This document shows positions 9,269-20,300 of a DNA stretch of 64,000 nucleotides, piece after piece. This stretch comes from a virus. Lineage: Duplodnaviria; Caudoviricetes. The DNA lies in the IMG/VR virus record IMGVR_UViG_3300021255_000136, positions 17,434 through 81,433 of that record, one strand, 5' to 3'. The stretch's first letter is position 1; the number at the start of each line of letters is the position of its first letter. The position numbers and the translations under genes were made by a program. Under the pieces are notes generated by a model, which was not told the origin of the DNA, did no database searches, and was given only the letters and a program-made list of their open reading frames with translations.

Positions 9269-9554
9269 GTACATTGATCGAGATGCTTTGCTTGCCGAGG
9301 CGAAAAGAATATCTGGCCCAATGACAGGAGATGGTTGGGACAACTGGGGTGTGTATGCATTAATTAACAGACAACCTGCCGCTGATGTGCGGCCTGTGGT
9401 GCTGTGCCGTGATTGTAAACACAAAGGATGGGTACAAGAGCCGGAGCACGGGAAAAGCGTTGATTATTGCCGTTTGTTAGAACGATGCGTTGACAAACAA
9501 TTTTTTTGCGCTGCTGGTGAACGCAAAACCAACTGCGGGGCTGATATGAGCTGA
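9261..9554 (+). CDS. hypothetical phage protein (MAEYIDR...PAADV family), paralogous to the previous gene
   Basis: MAEYIDRDALL...QPAADVRPVVLCRDCKH...FFCAAGERK. Confidence 0.7.
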   Translation: MAEYIDRDALLAEAKRISGPMTGDGWDNWGVYALINRQPAADVRPVVLCRDCKHKGWVQEPEHGKSVDYCRLLERCVDKQFFCAAGERKTNCGADMS

Positions 9555-9569
9555 TATGAGAGGTGAAAC

Positions 9570-9740
9570 ATGAACATCCGTGATTGTTCCGGATGCATAT
9601 ACTTTGCAAAGCATTATGGGAATAAAAACAAGTTAGGAGAACTCACGGTAAGTAATTACTGGTGTGTTAAGAAGCAAGGTTTCATCCGTTCTTTCCCTAA
9701 GAAATGTAAATTTAAAGCAAAGAGGGAGGAAACATGCTGA
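9570..9740 (+). CDS. small Cys-rich protein (below the ORF-track cutoff)
   Basis: GAGGTG RBS; MNIRDCSGCIYF...KKCKFK, read by hand. Confidence 0.5.
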   Translation: MNIRDCSGCIYFAKHYGNKNKLGELTVSNYWCVKKQGFIRSFPKKCKFKAKREETC

Positions 9741-10030
9741 CTTTACCGATCAAGAAGAAATGGTTTGACATGATCCGATCCGGTGAGAAGAAAGAAGAAT
9801 ATAGGTGTATTAAAGATTACTACGGCACAAGATTCAGAAATGTTTTTGGTTATCCCGCATATTGGGGAGAACCTCATAAGATCAGACTCAGAAACGGGTA
9901 TTCTTCTAAGTCCCCTTCAATTATCGTAACCTGCACTCTGAGTAAAACCAAAGGGAAACCAGAGTGGGGAGCAGAACCCGGCAAGAGGTATTTCGTGCTT
10001 ACAATTTTAGAGGTGGAGGACGAAACATGA
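9734..10030 (+). CDS. ASCH-domain protein
   Basis: LPIKKKWFDMIRSGEKKEEYR signature. Confidence 0.75.
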   Translation: MLTLPIKKKWFDMIRSGEKKEEYRCIKDYYGTRFRNVFGYPAYWGEPHKIRLRNGYSSKSPSIIVTCTLSKTKGKPEWGAEPGKRYFVLTILEVEDET

Positions 10031-10227
10031 CTATTGAGAGATACAGACTTACTCTCGAACATGAATACATCGACGGTAATGGAGAAGTGCATAAGATCGA
10101 AGATCCGATTCGCACTGATTACAGTGTCGTAGTAGATAGGCTTGCTCCGCCAAAAGCCATAATAGTGAATGAGATGATAGAAAAACTAAAACACTTTATG
10201 CTCAACATCATATACCAGGAGGGCTAA
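10027..10227 (+). CDS. hypothetical protein
   Basis: GGAGG RBS and ATGA coupling. Confidence 0.6.
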   Translation: MTIERYRLTLEHEYIDGNGEVHKIEDPIRTDYSVVVDRLAPPKAIIVNEMIEKLKHFMLNIIYQEG

Positions 10228-10229
10228 AG

Positions 10230-10526
10230 ATGAGTGTCATAATAAAGAATGTGGAAGTACCGCAGTATTGTGGTGCTTGCCATGTAGGATTCTGCAAACA
10301 GATTGGATGTGAGCTGTACATTGGATTCGATGACTATGCTACAAGTAGACATCCAGATTGCCCTATCAGTAATATTCCTACACCGCACGGCAGATTGATT
10401 GATGCGGATGCTTTAGCAGATAATTGGTACTATGCTTCCGCTGCATTACAACAAGATGATGTAAGAAAAGTGGTTTGCTTGGATGATATTGATAGCGCAC
10501 CAACCATCATCGAAGCGGAGGAATGA
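10230..10526 (+). CDS. hypothetical phage protein (PTPHGRLIDADAL family)
   Basis: CPI....TPHGRLIDADAL...APTIIEAE pattern common in Clostridia phages. Confidence 0.7.
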   Translation: MSVIIKNVEVPQYCGACHVGFCKQIGCELYIGFDDYATSRHPDCPISNIPTPHGRLIDADALADNWYYASAALQQDDVRKVVCLDDIDSAPTIIEAEE

Positions 10527-10903
10527 GCATGACAAAGGAAGAACTGTTAGCCTACCCGGAACGCGAAATGGATGAAGTACTTCACAATGTCACTGGAGTA
10601 TGGGTGATTCCAGCACAGCAACAGCATGAAAGTGGTTGGGGATGCATGAGTTTTCTAGCTACATTCAAGGATAAAGGAAAAAAGCCTGTACGTTTTGGTG
10701 GTGGATGTGACGATGTGATGTTCGAAGGAGATAAATTCAGAATGGATTGTGATTACCCAAGTGGAATAATTCATATCTGGAGTAATAAGCCGTTCTCCAT
10801 AACTTCGGATGTTTCGTCTATCAGTTTCATCGACGAGGAAATATACAGGAGATCTACAGGAGGTATTAATGAAGACATTACAGCCCTGCCCTGGTTGTGG
10901 TAG
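10523..10903 (+). CDS. hypothetical protein
   Basis: GGAGG RBS; 126 aa. Confidence 0.65.
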   Translation: MSMTKEELLAYPEREMDEVLHNVTGVWVIPAQQQHESGWGCMSFLATFKDKGKKPVRFGGGCDDVMFEGDKFRMDCDYPSGIIHIWSNKPFSITSDVSSISFIDEEIYRRSTGGINEDITALPWLW

Positions 10904-11231
10904 TGAGCGCGTAAAGCTAAATAAGAAGAGAGATAAGTTTCGATACGAATGCGACGGTGATTGCTGGACAACAACCAACAAGTGGTATATGACCAGAGAA
11001 GAAGCCGCCGATGCTTGGAACAGCCTAGTAAACGAAAGGGAAAAGAAGGGTACGAACTTTATCAGCAACGGAGAAAAAATACGACAGATGAGTGATGAGG
11101 AACTCGTGAGTATACTTAGATGTCCGGGGAACATAGATGTGGAGTTTGGATTGGATGAATGTGCATTTAGCACCTGCGGTGAGTGTAAGCTTAAATGGCT
11201 GAAAGAGAAGAACAAGCATGGAAGCGATTGA
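10869..11231 (+). CDS. Lar (restriction-alleviation)-like zinc-finger protein
   Basis: GGAGG RBS; LQPCPGCGS...C...C...TREEAADAWN pattern. Confidence 0.55.
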   Translation: MKTLQPCPGCGSERVKLNKKRDKFRYECDGDCWTTTNKWYMTREEAADAWNSLVNEREKKGTNFISNGEKIRQMSDEELVSILRCPGNIDVEFGLDECAFSTCGECKLKWLKEKNKHGSD

Positions 11232-11529
11232 ATTTTTGAAAGAGTACAAACGGATGTGCACAGAATGCAAAAGCTGTCTCGAATGCCCATTGGCAGGAAC
11301 TACTTGTTCAATAGATTCTGAATTGTCTGAAAGACAAATGATCAACATTATAGACGCAACTGAACGGTGGAACAAAGAGCACCAAATAATAACAAATGCC
11401 CAGAAGTTCAAAGAAGTGTTTGGTTTCTTGCCAGACGGAGACGTTATATTTAGTAAAGACTATTTTATAAACGCTGTAAAAGGACCCGTTCTCAAATGGG
11501 ATGAACCATACGAAGGAGCAGAAATATGA
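11218..11529 (+). CDS. hypothetical phage protein
   Basis: MEAIEFLKEYKRMC...ITNAQKFKEVFG family-like pattern. Confidence 0.65.
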   Translation: MEAIEFLKEYKRMCTECKSCLECPLAGTTCSIDSELSERQMINIIDATERWNKEHQIITNAQKFKEVFGFLPDGDVIFSKDYFINAVKGPVLKWDEPYEGAEI

Positions 11530-11753
11530 AACCTATAATCTTAAGAGCAGACCAGGATGGAAATCTTATGATCACAGCGGATAAGATTCAGGAGATGGTA
11601 GAGGACGCATATAACGAAGGCGTTGCGGATGGGAAAGCAAGCGTTCAGAATAGGCCATCACTGACCCAAGGTGATCTGTGGCAGAATACAACGCCATCCA
11701 CAATTCCGGTTTACTATGGAACCGAAATAACGTGCGGACAAGATTCGAAGTGA
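11526..11753 (+). CDS. hypothetical protein
   Basis: GGAG RBS; ATGA coupled. Confidence 0.6.
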   Translation: MKPIILRADQDGNLMITADKIQEMVEDAYNEGVADGKASVQNRPSLTQGDLWQNTTPSTIPVYYGTEITCGQDSK

Positions 11754-11756
11754 GGA

Positions 11757-12443
11757 ATGAATATGAAAACACAAGACGAAGTAATTAACGACTATCTCGA
11801 ACGGCATACTCCTTTTGGCCCGGCGATCCGGTCCGAGCTGAGCGGTATCTGGAATAACGGATATTACCATGGTTATGAAACTGCTGAGAGAAAGGCCAAA
11901 GACAAGTACGAAGTGGATACTAACATGCAGTACAACCTTGGGTATCAGCATGGCTATGATAGCGGTAAGGACGTAGCCTACAAGGAACTCTCCGGCTTGA
12001 CTTCTGAGGAAGGCAAGGCAAAATTCGACGAGGCCTATCAGGAAGGCTATGACAAAGGCGCGGATGATGCACGTTCCGAACTGTGGTGGGCAATAAAGAA
12101 GCTGTATCTAGATACTTCGGAAGGCGGGCTTACAATTGCGGATATGGCTAAAATATTTGGAGAATTCGATCTAGTCAGTGATGTCCTACGGAAGTTTACT
12201 CCAGAGGAATTTATCGAGAAGATCAAGGCCTACGAAGAATCCAAGAAATCCGCGCCTACTAACCGGGATAAGTTTGAAGAACTTTTTCATGAGCAGTTTC
12301 CCAGACTATGGCATAGCTATCAAATTGCCAAGAACGGCTATACCTCAGATAACGGCTTCTTCATTCCGGACTCTTGGTTGGATACACCTTATAAAGCCAC
12401 TTGGTTGGACAAGCCATATGAGGAACCGGCAGATGGGAACTAA
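11757..12443 (+). CDS. hypothetical protein with repeated AYxxGYxxG motifs
   Basis: GAGG RBS; GYYHGYETA, GYQHGYDSG and AYQEGYDKG repeats. Confidence 0.7.
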   Translation: MNMKTQDEVINDYLERHTPFGPAIRSELSGIWNNGYYHGYETAERKAKDKYEVDTNMQYNLGYQHGYDSGKDVAYKELSGLTSEEGKAKFDEAYQEGYDKGADDARSELWWAIKKLYLDTSEGGLTIADMAKIFGEFDLVSDVLRKFTPEEFIEKIKAYEESKKSAPTNRDKFEELFHEQFPRLWHSYQIAKNGYTSDNGFFIPDSWLDTPYKATWLDKPYEEPADGN

Positions 12444-12789
12444 CTACTACGCAGTTCGTACCAGACCTACGGTTGGGGAGCCTGTTCATATCGGTAAGTC
12501 CTCATGGGGCTGGCTGTTTCTGTTCCAGGCGCAGGACAACCAATACCATGATCCGCCCATTGTATGGAACAGCTATGACGAAGTGAAGGATTGGTTACGG
12601 AAATACACAGTGGAACGCAACGATTATGTTATCATGGATGAGTACGACAACATAGTCCAGCTCGATGAGTTCATTGATATAGTGGACAGCAAACAGAACG
12701 ATCCGCACAATCTGGAAAACCCAGACAACTTCCGGGAAGGTGTAAGGAACGTGAACGGATATCGATTCGATGATCGGTGGTTTTGTTAG
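12433..12789 (+). CDS. hypothetical phage protein (MGTNYY...HIGKSSWGW family)
   Basis: GAGG RBS; conserved-looking HIGKSS.GW.FLFQ motif. Confidence 0.7.
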   Translation: MGTNYYAVRTRPTVGEPVHIGKSSWGWLFLFQAQDNQYHDPPIVWNSYDEVKDWLRKYTVERNDYVIMDEYDNIVQLDEFIDIVDSKQNDPHNLENPDNFREGVRNVNGYRFDDRWFC

Positions 12790-12973
12790 GAGCAGTTATG
12801 ATTAACATTAAATCAATTTTGCTTGCTATATCGCCTGCAATGATTATGCTGTTGGCACATTTGCTATCAGATTAACTGGAGCAATTCATCCGAAAGGAAA
12901 CAACAAATGTCAATATGGACAGGTGATAACTCAAGCGAATGGAGTTGGATCGATAATGAAGAGGAGAACGAAA

Positions 12974-13159
12974 ATGAACAATAACAATTCAAACACTGGG
13001 GGTAGCGTTGGCTTCGCTGGACTACTAACCCTCTTATTTATTGCATTAAAACTTATGAACGTAATCACTTGGTCATGGGTCTGGGTACTCTCCCCTGTCT
13101 GGATCACGCTCCTGCTTATGATCCTGGTTAGCGTCGCAATCTATTTTGGCACGAGGTAG
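12974..13159 (+). CDS. small two-helix membrane protein
   Basis: GAGGAG RBS; GFAGLLTLLFIALKL..VITWSWVWVLSPVW signature. Confidence 0.75.
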   Translation: MNNNNSNTGGSVGFAGLLTLLFIALKLMNVITWSWVWVLSPVWITLLLMILVSVAIYFGTR

Positions 13160-13161
13160 TA

Positions 13162-13464
13162 ATGGAGAATTTATATGAGAAGTTTTTAGAAATCCTGGAA
13201 GACCATCCGGAAATAGACGAGATGTTCTACCCGTGGAGTGAATGCCAAGTTGGTATATATGAGATTCCACGGGGAGAAACAGAAATAACAAGATCCCCCG
13301 TAGATCTTTCGCCGAAGATACCACCGGAGAAAGCTCTGGAACTCGCCGAAGCCAATGCCCGTATCCTAGGCTATGTACTCCCTTTATGGCTTGTCGATCC
13401 ACCGGGTACTGAAAGGTTCTTCCCTAGGCATCCTAATTCTATGATAGAGGTAAAAGAAAAATGA
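13162..13464 (+). CDS. hypothetical protein
   Basis: GAGG RBS; 100 aa. Confidence 0.6.
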   Translation: MENLYEKFLEILEDHPEIDEMFYPWSECQVGIYEIPRGETEITRSPVDLSPKIPPEKALELAEANARILGYVLPLWLVDPPGTERFFPRHPNSMIEVKEK

Positions 13465-14090
13465 TAATAGTTGATAACATAATAACACCGAGCCAGTATC
13501 AATGGGCGACAGTTGTTGCTGGCTGCAGAAACCCGTTCAACAGCTGGCATAAGTCCGACAGCAAATGGGGAGAAAGCGAATACTACATTGGCGAACAAGA
13601 TTACACACTGATGAAACGCCTAGCACATGCGGGCGATGATCATGGCAAGTTCATGCGTATGTTACCGGTTATCATGGATATAACCGCGCCTCTCTACTGG
13701 TGGAAACAAATGAGTCAGTACAAGGTAGGCACGGTTACCAACTCCACTTCGACCATGCACCGACTCCTTGCCGACCCGTTTACTGTGGATGATTTCTCTT
13801 TCGACCACACCCCTATGTATGTGCAGGACAATATACTGGCACATCTGAACACATTAAGGGGTCAGTACTTAGCAGAGAAAGACCCAGATAAGAAGGCTGA
13901 GATCTTTGCCGAAGCTAATGAATTCCTCCCCCAGTCCTTTATGCAGCTTCGTACATGGAGCGGAAACTACCAGGTACTACGGCATATCTACCACGCAAGG
14001 AAGGACCACAAGCTGGATTGTTGGCATAAGTTCTGTGCAAAATTAGAGACACTTCCCTACTCTGAATTGATAACAGGTGAAAAGATATGA
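13461..14090 (+). CDS. ThyX-like (flavin-dependent thymidylate synthase-related) protein
   Basis: RNPFNSW.KSDS, HGKFMR, DITAPLYWWKQ...YKVGTV.NSTSTMH, LPQSFMQLRT...NYQVL pattern of the phage ThyX-like group. Confidence 0.6.
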   Translation: MIIVDNIITPSQYQWATVVAGCRNPFNSWHKSDSKWGESEYYIGEQDYTLMKRLAHAGDDHGKFMRMLPVIMDITAPLYWWKQMSQYKVGTVTNSTSTMHRLLADPFTVDDFSFDHTPMYVQDNILAHLNTLRGQYLAEKDPDKKAEIFAEANEFLPQSFMQLRTWSGNYQVLRHIYHARKDHKLDCWHKFCAKLETLPYSELITGEKI

Positions 14091-14257
14091 CAACTCTTGA
14101 TATACTAACTTTGTTTAGAACCTTGGAAAAAGCTGAAAAGAAATTAGATGCGCTTCGAAATAAGTTAACCGATTACGATGAGAAAGATGAGCTGGAATGC
14201 CTTGTCGAAGACATACGTTCTGCACAGCGAAACTTCCTCCGAGCGGAGTGGCATTAA
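14087..14257 (+). CDS. small hypothetical protein
   Basis: ATGA-coupled 56-aa ORF read by hand. Confidence 0.5.
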   Translation: MTTLDILTLFRTLEKAEKKLDALRNKLTDYDEKDELECLVEDIRSAQRNFLRAEWH

Positions 14258-14271
14258 GGCGCGATTATCCT

Positions 14272-14315
14272 AAAAAAAGATACCCCCTACTACATTTCTG
14301 TAGTAGGGGGTTTTG
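14272..14315. terminator. bidirectional intrinsic terminator between the convergent arms
   Basis: CCCCCTACTAC-ATTTCT-GTAGTAGGGGG with an A-run before and a T-run after. Confidence 0.85.
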
Positions 14316-14319
14316 TCGT

Positions 14320-17300
14320 TTATTTGCGACGGTTGTTCGTGATCTTTTCGTAGTCCGACCAGTGCATGTTGTAGTCGAGTTTTCTTCCGTTAGAGGAGGT
14401 GGCTCTTGAAGAACTGCTCTGGGCGGGTGTCGTGGTGGAACTCGCCTGGGTATTGGGCGGGATCACAAACGGAGTGGTCTGGGTGCCGGATGTTCCGAGA
14501 TCTCTGGTGAAGTCCAGAGGCTGGCTCATCCAGCGGTTGAAGCCCCAGTTCGGATCTGCCTTATTGGCGCGATCCTGTTCGTCAGAAACCTTCCTGACGA
14601 TGCCGAAGTCACGAGCCGTCTGGTTACCGGATGTGGACATACCGGACTTGTGCAGGCTTCCTTCGAATGCGGATGCGATCCTGTCGATCATAGCCACTTC
14701 CTGATCATCAGTAAGATACTTGGAAGTGAACGCATCGAAGTTCTGCTCCATGTAGTCCATGTATGCTTCAACACGGTGTGCGCGTTCAACATAGCTGAGA
14801 GTGTTGTTCTTTACACTTGTACCGACTTTGCTGGTGTAGCGCTGTTGCAGGAGATCGAACTGCTCCTCTCTCGTCAGCTTGTCGTTGAACAGCATGGAGA
14901 AGAACACATCGTTGCGGCTTGCTGTAACGTCGCGCTTATCTTCATAAGGTATGCTGTTATCGATAAGCCACCTTGCGTACTTCCCTTCCTCAAGCTTGGC
15001 TACAGCATTGTCTAGATCACGGAGAGCACCGGCCTGTTCGTTGAAGGACAGAGCCTTGAATTCGGCGCTGTTCATCATCTGGATAGCTACATCGATGAAT
15101 CGCTCCTGTTCATGTCTTGCTTCTGTGTTCTTCTGGTCTGTACTGAGTACCATCTTGTGCCCGATCTGATCCGGGTTGTCAATGCTGGACGCGCCAGTCA
15201 TCTTCCCGGCCATCCACCTGACCTGCTCTTCAACAGTAGAGAAGTTGTCCAGCGCGATCTGGTATGCCTCGGTCCACTTGTATCCGGCCTTTACATCCGC
15301 CAGCGCTTCGACTGCGTACTCATCAGCGTCGTCTTCGATGAAGAAGTCTCCATCCTCTCCGGCCTGATCAGCGGTCATAGTGAACTGCGTCTTCACCTGC
15401 CCGGTTGCAGACAGATTTCGTGCGAAGGCTTCTTCGACCTTAGATGCTGTCGCATTGAATCGGGCTGCTACTATGGCTTCCCTATCTTCCTCGGTCTCTG
15501 CCAGACGGTAGGCGCTGGAGTTCAGGGTTTCCGCATACTCCTTATCCCATGCAGCAGCGAATTCCTTATCGAGGTCTCGCTTCTGTGCATCGGTGAGGTT
15601 AATGACGAAGCCCTTCTTGTCCGGGTTGTCGATCTTGCTCGGTACAGCATAACTGTCAGCGAGGTAAGCAGCCTGCTCTGCAACAGTTCCGTCCATGTTG
15701 ATCGCGACATTGAACTTCTCCTTACCAGCCTGGGATGCTCTGCCAACTTCCATAGCCCTGCTGGAGTTGTCCAGTATCTCGCTGTACCTCTCCTTCGTAG
15801 TCTCACGAGCTCTGTTGTAGGCGTCGTTGATAAGATATCCGCGCTCACGATCATCGGCCTCAGCATAGTCCTGGCTGTTCTCCAGCTTACGCATCTCTGC
15901 TCTGATCTCTTCGTTGAAGATGTCCCGCATCGCCGCCTTGTCCTCATCGGTTATCTCATAGACATACCCGACGTTGCCAACACTGGAGAGCTCTCTCGGA
16001 GGAGCGAACTCTGCTGACACCATGTCAGCTATCTGCTCGGTAGTAAGGCTCGGAGTTACGGCCAACAGCTGGAACAGATCGTCATTGGAGTAGGCATTGG
16101 GCAGGTTGTACTTCGTGGTGATGTAGTCTGCCGCACCAACCTTCAGTGCTGTCTGCTTGGTCATATCCAGTGCGTAGTGATCAGATACCGTGTGCCGTCC
16201 GAAGTCTTTAGCGATATCGAACGCCTGCTGCATCATAGCCAGCTTCCCTGCGTCGTCTGCCTGGATGTACACCGGATCGGTCATAACCTCGAAGCAGATC
16301 TGGTACGCAGCGCTACCGGCTACTTTCATCAGCTGTTCGAATTCTTCAGCCGTGAGATCCTTCAGCCCCTCATCCGTTTTGAAGCTCTTGGACAGTTGTT
16401 TCGGGATTATGCTGTTATCTCCGGTGGCCTCGTACAGTCTCATGAGCTCTGCGTCTACCGGAGTCTCGTTGATCACGTTGGCATAACCAGGCGACAGGAA
16501 GTTCTCCAGTGCTCTGAGGAACCAGCTGTCATTAGTATCCGTACGGCCCCACGCATCGACATATGCCATCTTCTGACTTGCCCAGCCGGGTACCTTGCTC
16601 TGGATCGAGTTCTGAACGAACCGCTGCAGAGCTCCGGGCATCGGGCTGTTCTTATCCGTATAGGTCGCCCTTCTATCCGGGTCTGCCGTTCTGGCGATCT
16701 GGCCGAAGAATGTAGGCATACCCTGGGCGAAGTAGCTCGTGGTCATTGCCGCCAGCAAAGCGGAGATACCGTTGACATCAGAGCTGTAGGCCAGTGAGGA
16801 CAGCGTGTTCTCGAAACCATCCAGCATGGACATTGCCAGCATAGGATCCGCAATACCCATCAGTGCTGTCCACAGATTGGACGGGGTACTGAGATCAACC
16901 TGGCCGCTGACGAGATTATAGATAGTCGCGCCTACGAACAGCGGCATCGACATCGGTGCCATCCAGTCCATAGTGTAGCTAACTTTCTTCCCGTCTACTG
17001 TAAACTCCACTGCCCAGTTCTGATGGCCTTGGAGTTTTTTCATCTTATCCTTATCATCGTCTCCGGTCCCGCCACCACGGAGTAATCCTGCGGAGGCAAG
17101 TAATGCACCGAGGATCATGACGCCGGTACCGGTAAGTCCAGCTGCCATGTTGTCAAGGATCTGCATGGTGTTGCCGTCGCCATTCTTCAGTGCCGCCTTC
17201 AGGTCAACCAGGGACTTGATGAATCCGGGGAGTGAATACTTAGCTGCGCCCAGTACGAGGATGTTGGCCGGGGTGCTGACGAACGGTAACAGTCCTTCCA

Positions 17301-20300
17301 TCAGTACGTTGCCAATAGGTCCGGATGTACTCTTGAACCGGTTCAGTGCCATAGCGAAGGTGTTCAGCTCATGGTAGGTATCACGCTGGGCCTGCATCGT
17401 CGCGTACTGTCTGGCCTTGTTTAGCATCTCTCTGCCTTCTCTGGTGTTGAAGATCGTCGGTTCTTCAGAGTTCTCTTCGCCTACTTCCATAGCCTTCAGG
17501 AGATCTTCTTCAGATACGCCCTGAGCCTGTAGTGCTTCTGCCAGTGCTCTGACATAGTAGCGCTTCTGGAATGCGAAGTCAGATTTCTCCAGGAACTCGC
17601 CATTCTTCTTCGACAGTTTGTCAAGTGGAGCCCAGCCGAAGATGTCGCGCTTGTTCAGGATATCACTGATGTCGTTGAACTTGTTGCCAGTACGCTTGCC
17701 TGCTACGACGTCTTGCATAGTTGCGTAGTCGCGCTGTGCAAACCGGACATAGGTGTTGTCGGACTCTTTGCCAAACAAGCCTACCCAACCGGTAAGTTCA
17801 GCACCGGGTACGTGCATCTTGTACTCGGGGTCAATAATGCCGGGGATCTGTTCAAGACGTCGCAGGATAAGATCTTTCATGAACACTGCGGGCATGAAAG
17901 CTGCATTACCAACGAAGTTCCTTATGTGGGTTCTCGGATTGCCTAGCATCGCCAGATATCTCCAAGCGTTCCACTTATCCATGATCGTTGCGGGGATCTG
18001 GTCAGCAATATCTTTCTTGATCAGTTCCATGATATCGCTGATCTCCTGACGGCTTGTTGCGGCCATCAGTCTCTCTGCCAGTTCCTGGTTCAGAGTGATA
18101 CGCTGCATCTTGTTCTTCGGGTTTTCTATCCTCTTTGCATACGTTGCATTCAGGTGGTTGATAACACCGTTGATGTAGTAGAGCTGGCCTTGCGGTGTCG
18201 CCTTCTTAATAATCGACATCGCCTGTACAGCCTGACCTAAGTTGGTACCCAGGATAGACAGATCGGCTGCTACCTTGACTGCCTTATCATAGGTGTTAGG
18301 ATCAGAGCTGAATTCCTGGATGAGGAGTTCTGCCAGTGCGATCCACTCAGCTCTCGGCAGTTCACCACTCTCGACCATTGCGCTGAATGTGTTCATTGCC
18401 TGATCGAAGTTGCCGTTGAAGCGATTTGAAAGAATGCTACGCGCCAGTCGGATAGACCTTGCGTTGGACTGAGGGGTATATCCCAGCAGCTCATTTGTCA
18501 TACCTTCATACAGCATGCGCTCGGTGAGGTGTTCGTTCTCGACGTTTGCCGCTACGGTCTGCATGTGCTTCCGCACAGCGGTGTTGTCAGCGGACTTCTT
18601 CGGGAGATGTACATCATCCTTCTTGTCGCCTCTACCTTTCGGGAGCTTGCCGTACTTCTTTATAGCGGAGTCGATTGCTTTGTGGAGTTGTTCCTTCTTC
18701 TCCTCGGTCAGGTCGTCGGCGTAGTCAACTACACCCTTCAACCGTTCAAAGCTGTCGGCCAGAGCCTGTGGTCCGTTCCGGTTGACATACTCGTTAACGA
18801 TGTCCTCCAGCTTGAACGGGTCGTTCTGGTTGGCGTTGAGCAGGTAGTTGTACTCGAAGGAGTTGATCGGGAACGTGTCCAGTGTGGTGATCTGCTGGCC
18901 GCTAGCGTTGCGGAAAGTGAAGGTCTGGTCTCCTGTTGCGTTCTCCCTCATCGGGTTCTCGAAGCCAACGGAGAATTGTTTGCTTACACCTTCCTGCGCT
19001 TCACTCTGCGGTTGACTCTGTTCATACAGTTCTCCATTGTCTCCTGTGCGTCGAGATGTTCCTTCTTGATCCTGCGCAGGAACTTCTTCCGTTCCTCGTC
19101 GTAAGCCAGCATCCTGTTCACGGAGACGATATCCAGTATCGACATCCCGATTTGCAGGAGGTATTGTATAAGGTTGCGTTGTGGTTCGGTCAGTACTGTT
19201 GGCATTGTTCATCGCCTCCAAATAATTGATGTATTGTGCTTCGGGGGAATCTCCTCCTACGTTCTCCATGACCACCGTCTCACCAGAGTCGAGCTGGTAG
19301 TATGCGGTATCGTCGGAGTAGTACAGGTTCGGAGAAAGTTCGGACTGAGTAAGGTCTGTTGGGTTGGTGTTGGAGATTTCAACTTCATCGCCGAATGCGT
19401 CGTAGGCAGCATTGGGGTCGATGGAGAGGGAATAGCTACCAGCAACCCCCCAGGAATTTACGGTATTGAAAATTGCGTCTCTGGAGTACTTCGGCGCATT
19501 TCTCCGCCTACGTTCGGCTCCCCATTCCAATCTGCTTTGAACATCTCTGGCCTCGATTTCTCCGGCTGTATTCCTATAGAGATCGTAGTCGGAGTCATTT
19601 TTGTGAGACCGGTTCCTGCTCTGGGAAAGATCGTAGTTACTCAAGAAGTCTGCTACTTCGCCGAGACCATACTCGCCTATCGCCCACAGGAGCTCTTTCT
19701 GATAGTCCTCGCGCTTTTTCTCATAGTATAGCTGGCCATTCTTCTGGAAATCCTGCAGCGTCAGATGAAGCATTTCGTTGCGGGTTTCTGCCATAGCATA
19801 GAGCCGATTCAAGCCATCTGCTGGGATGTACAGTTTCATGGCTTCTAAGGCTTTCTTTGCACGGTCCTTCGGTGTGTACGGCACTCGTTTCCCGTTTACG
19901 TCGATCTGGTCGTCCCAGGCTTCGAGATTTGAACCGCTCGCAAATCCTTCCATATACTGGATAGCGTGCTGTATTTCATGCATCAATGTACTGCGTACGT
20001 CTCTCTCGGCCTCTGATAAATACCCGACGAGGTCATCAAGAGCAATTGTGATCGTGAAGCTGGAGGGATCAAATTCGCCGCGTACATTACTCGGCATTTC
20101 TGTGAAAACAACGGTATAGTTTTTAAGGTCAGGATAGTTAGCAAATAACATCCCGGCGTTTCTTAAAACTTCTGGGAGCTTATACTCGGACCTGTAGTTT
20201 TCTGCGTTACCAAGAGAACTTTGTATAGCCGCGTTCCATTCCTGATCAAGTACAGCAGGACGTATGGTAAAGTCCTTATCATAGATCTCCCACTTCCATT

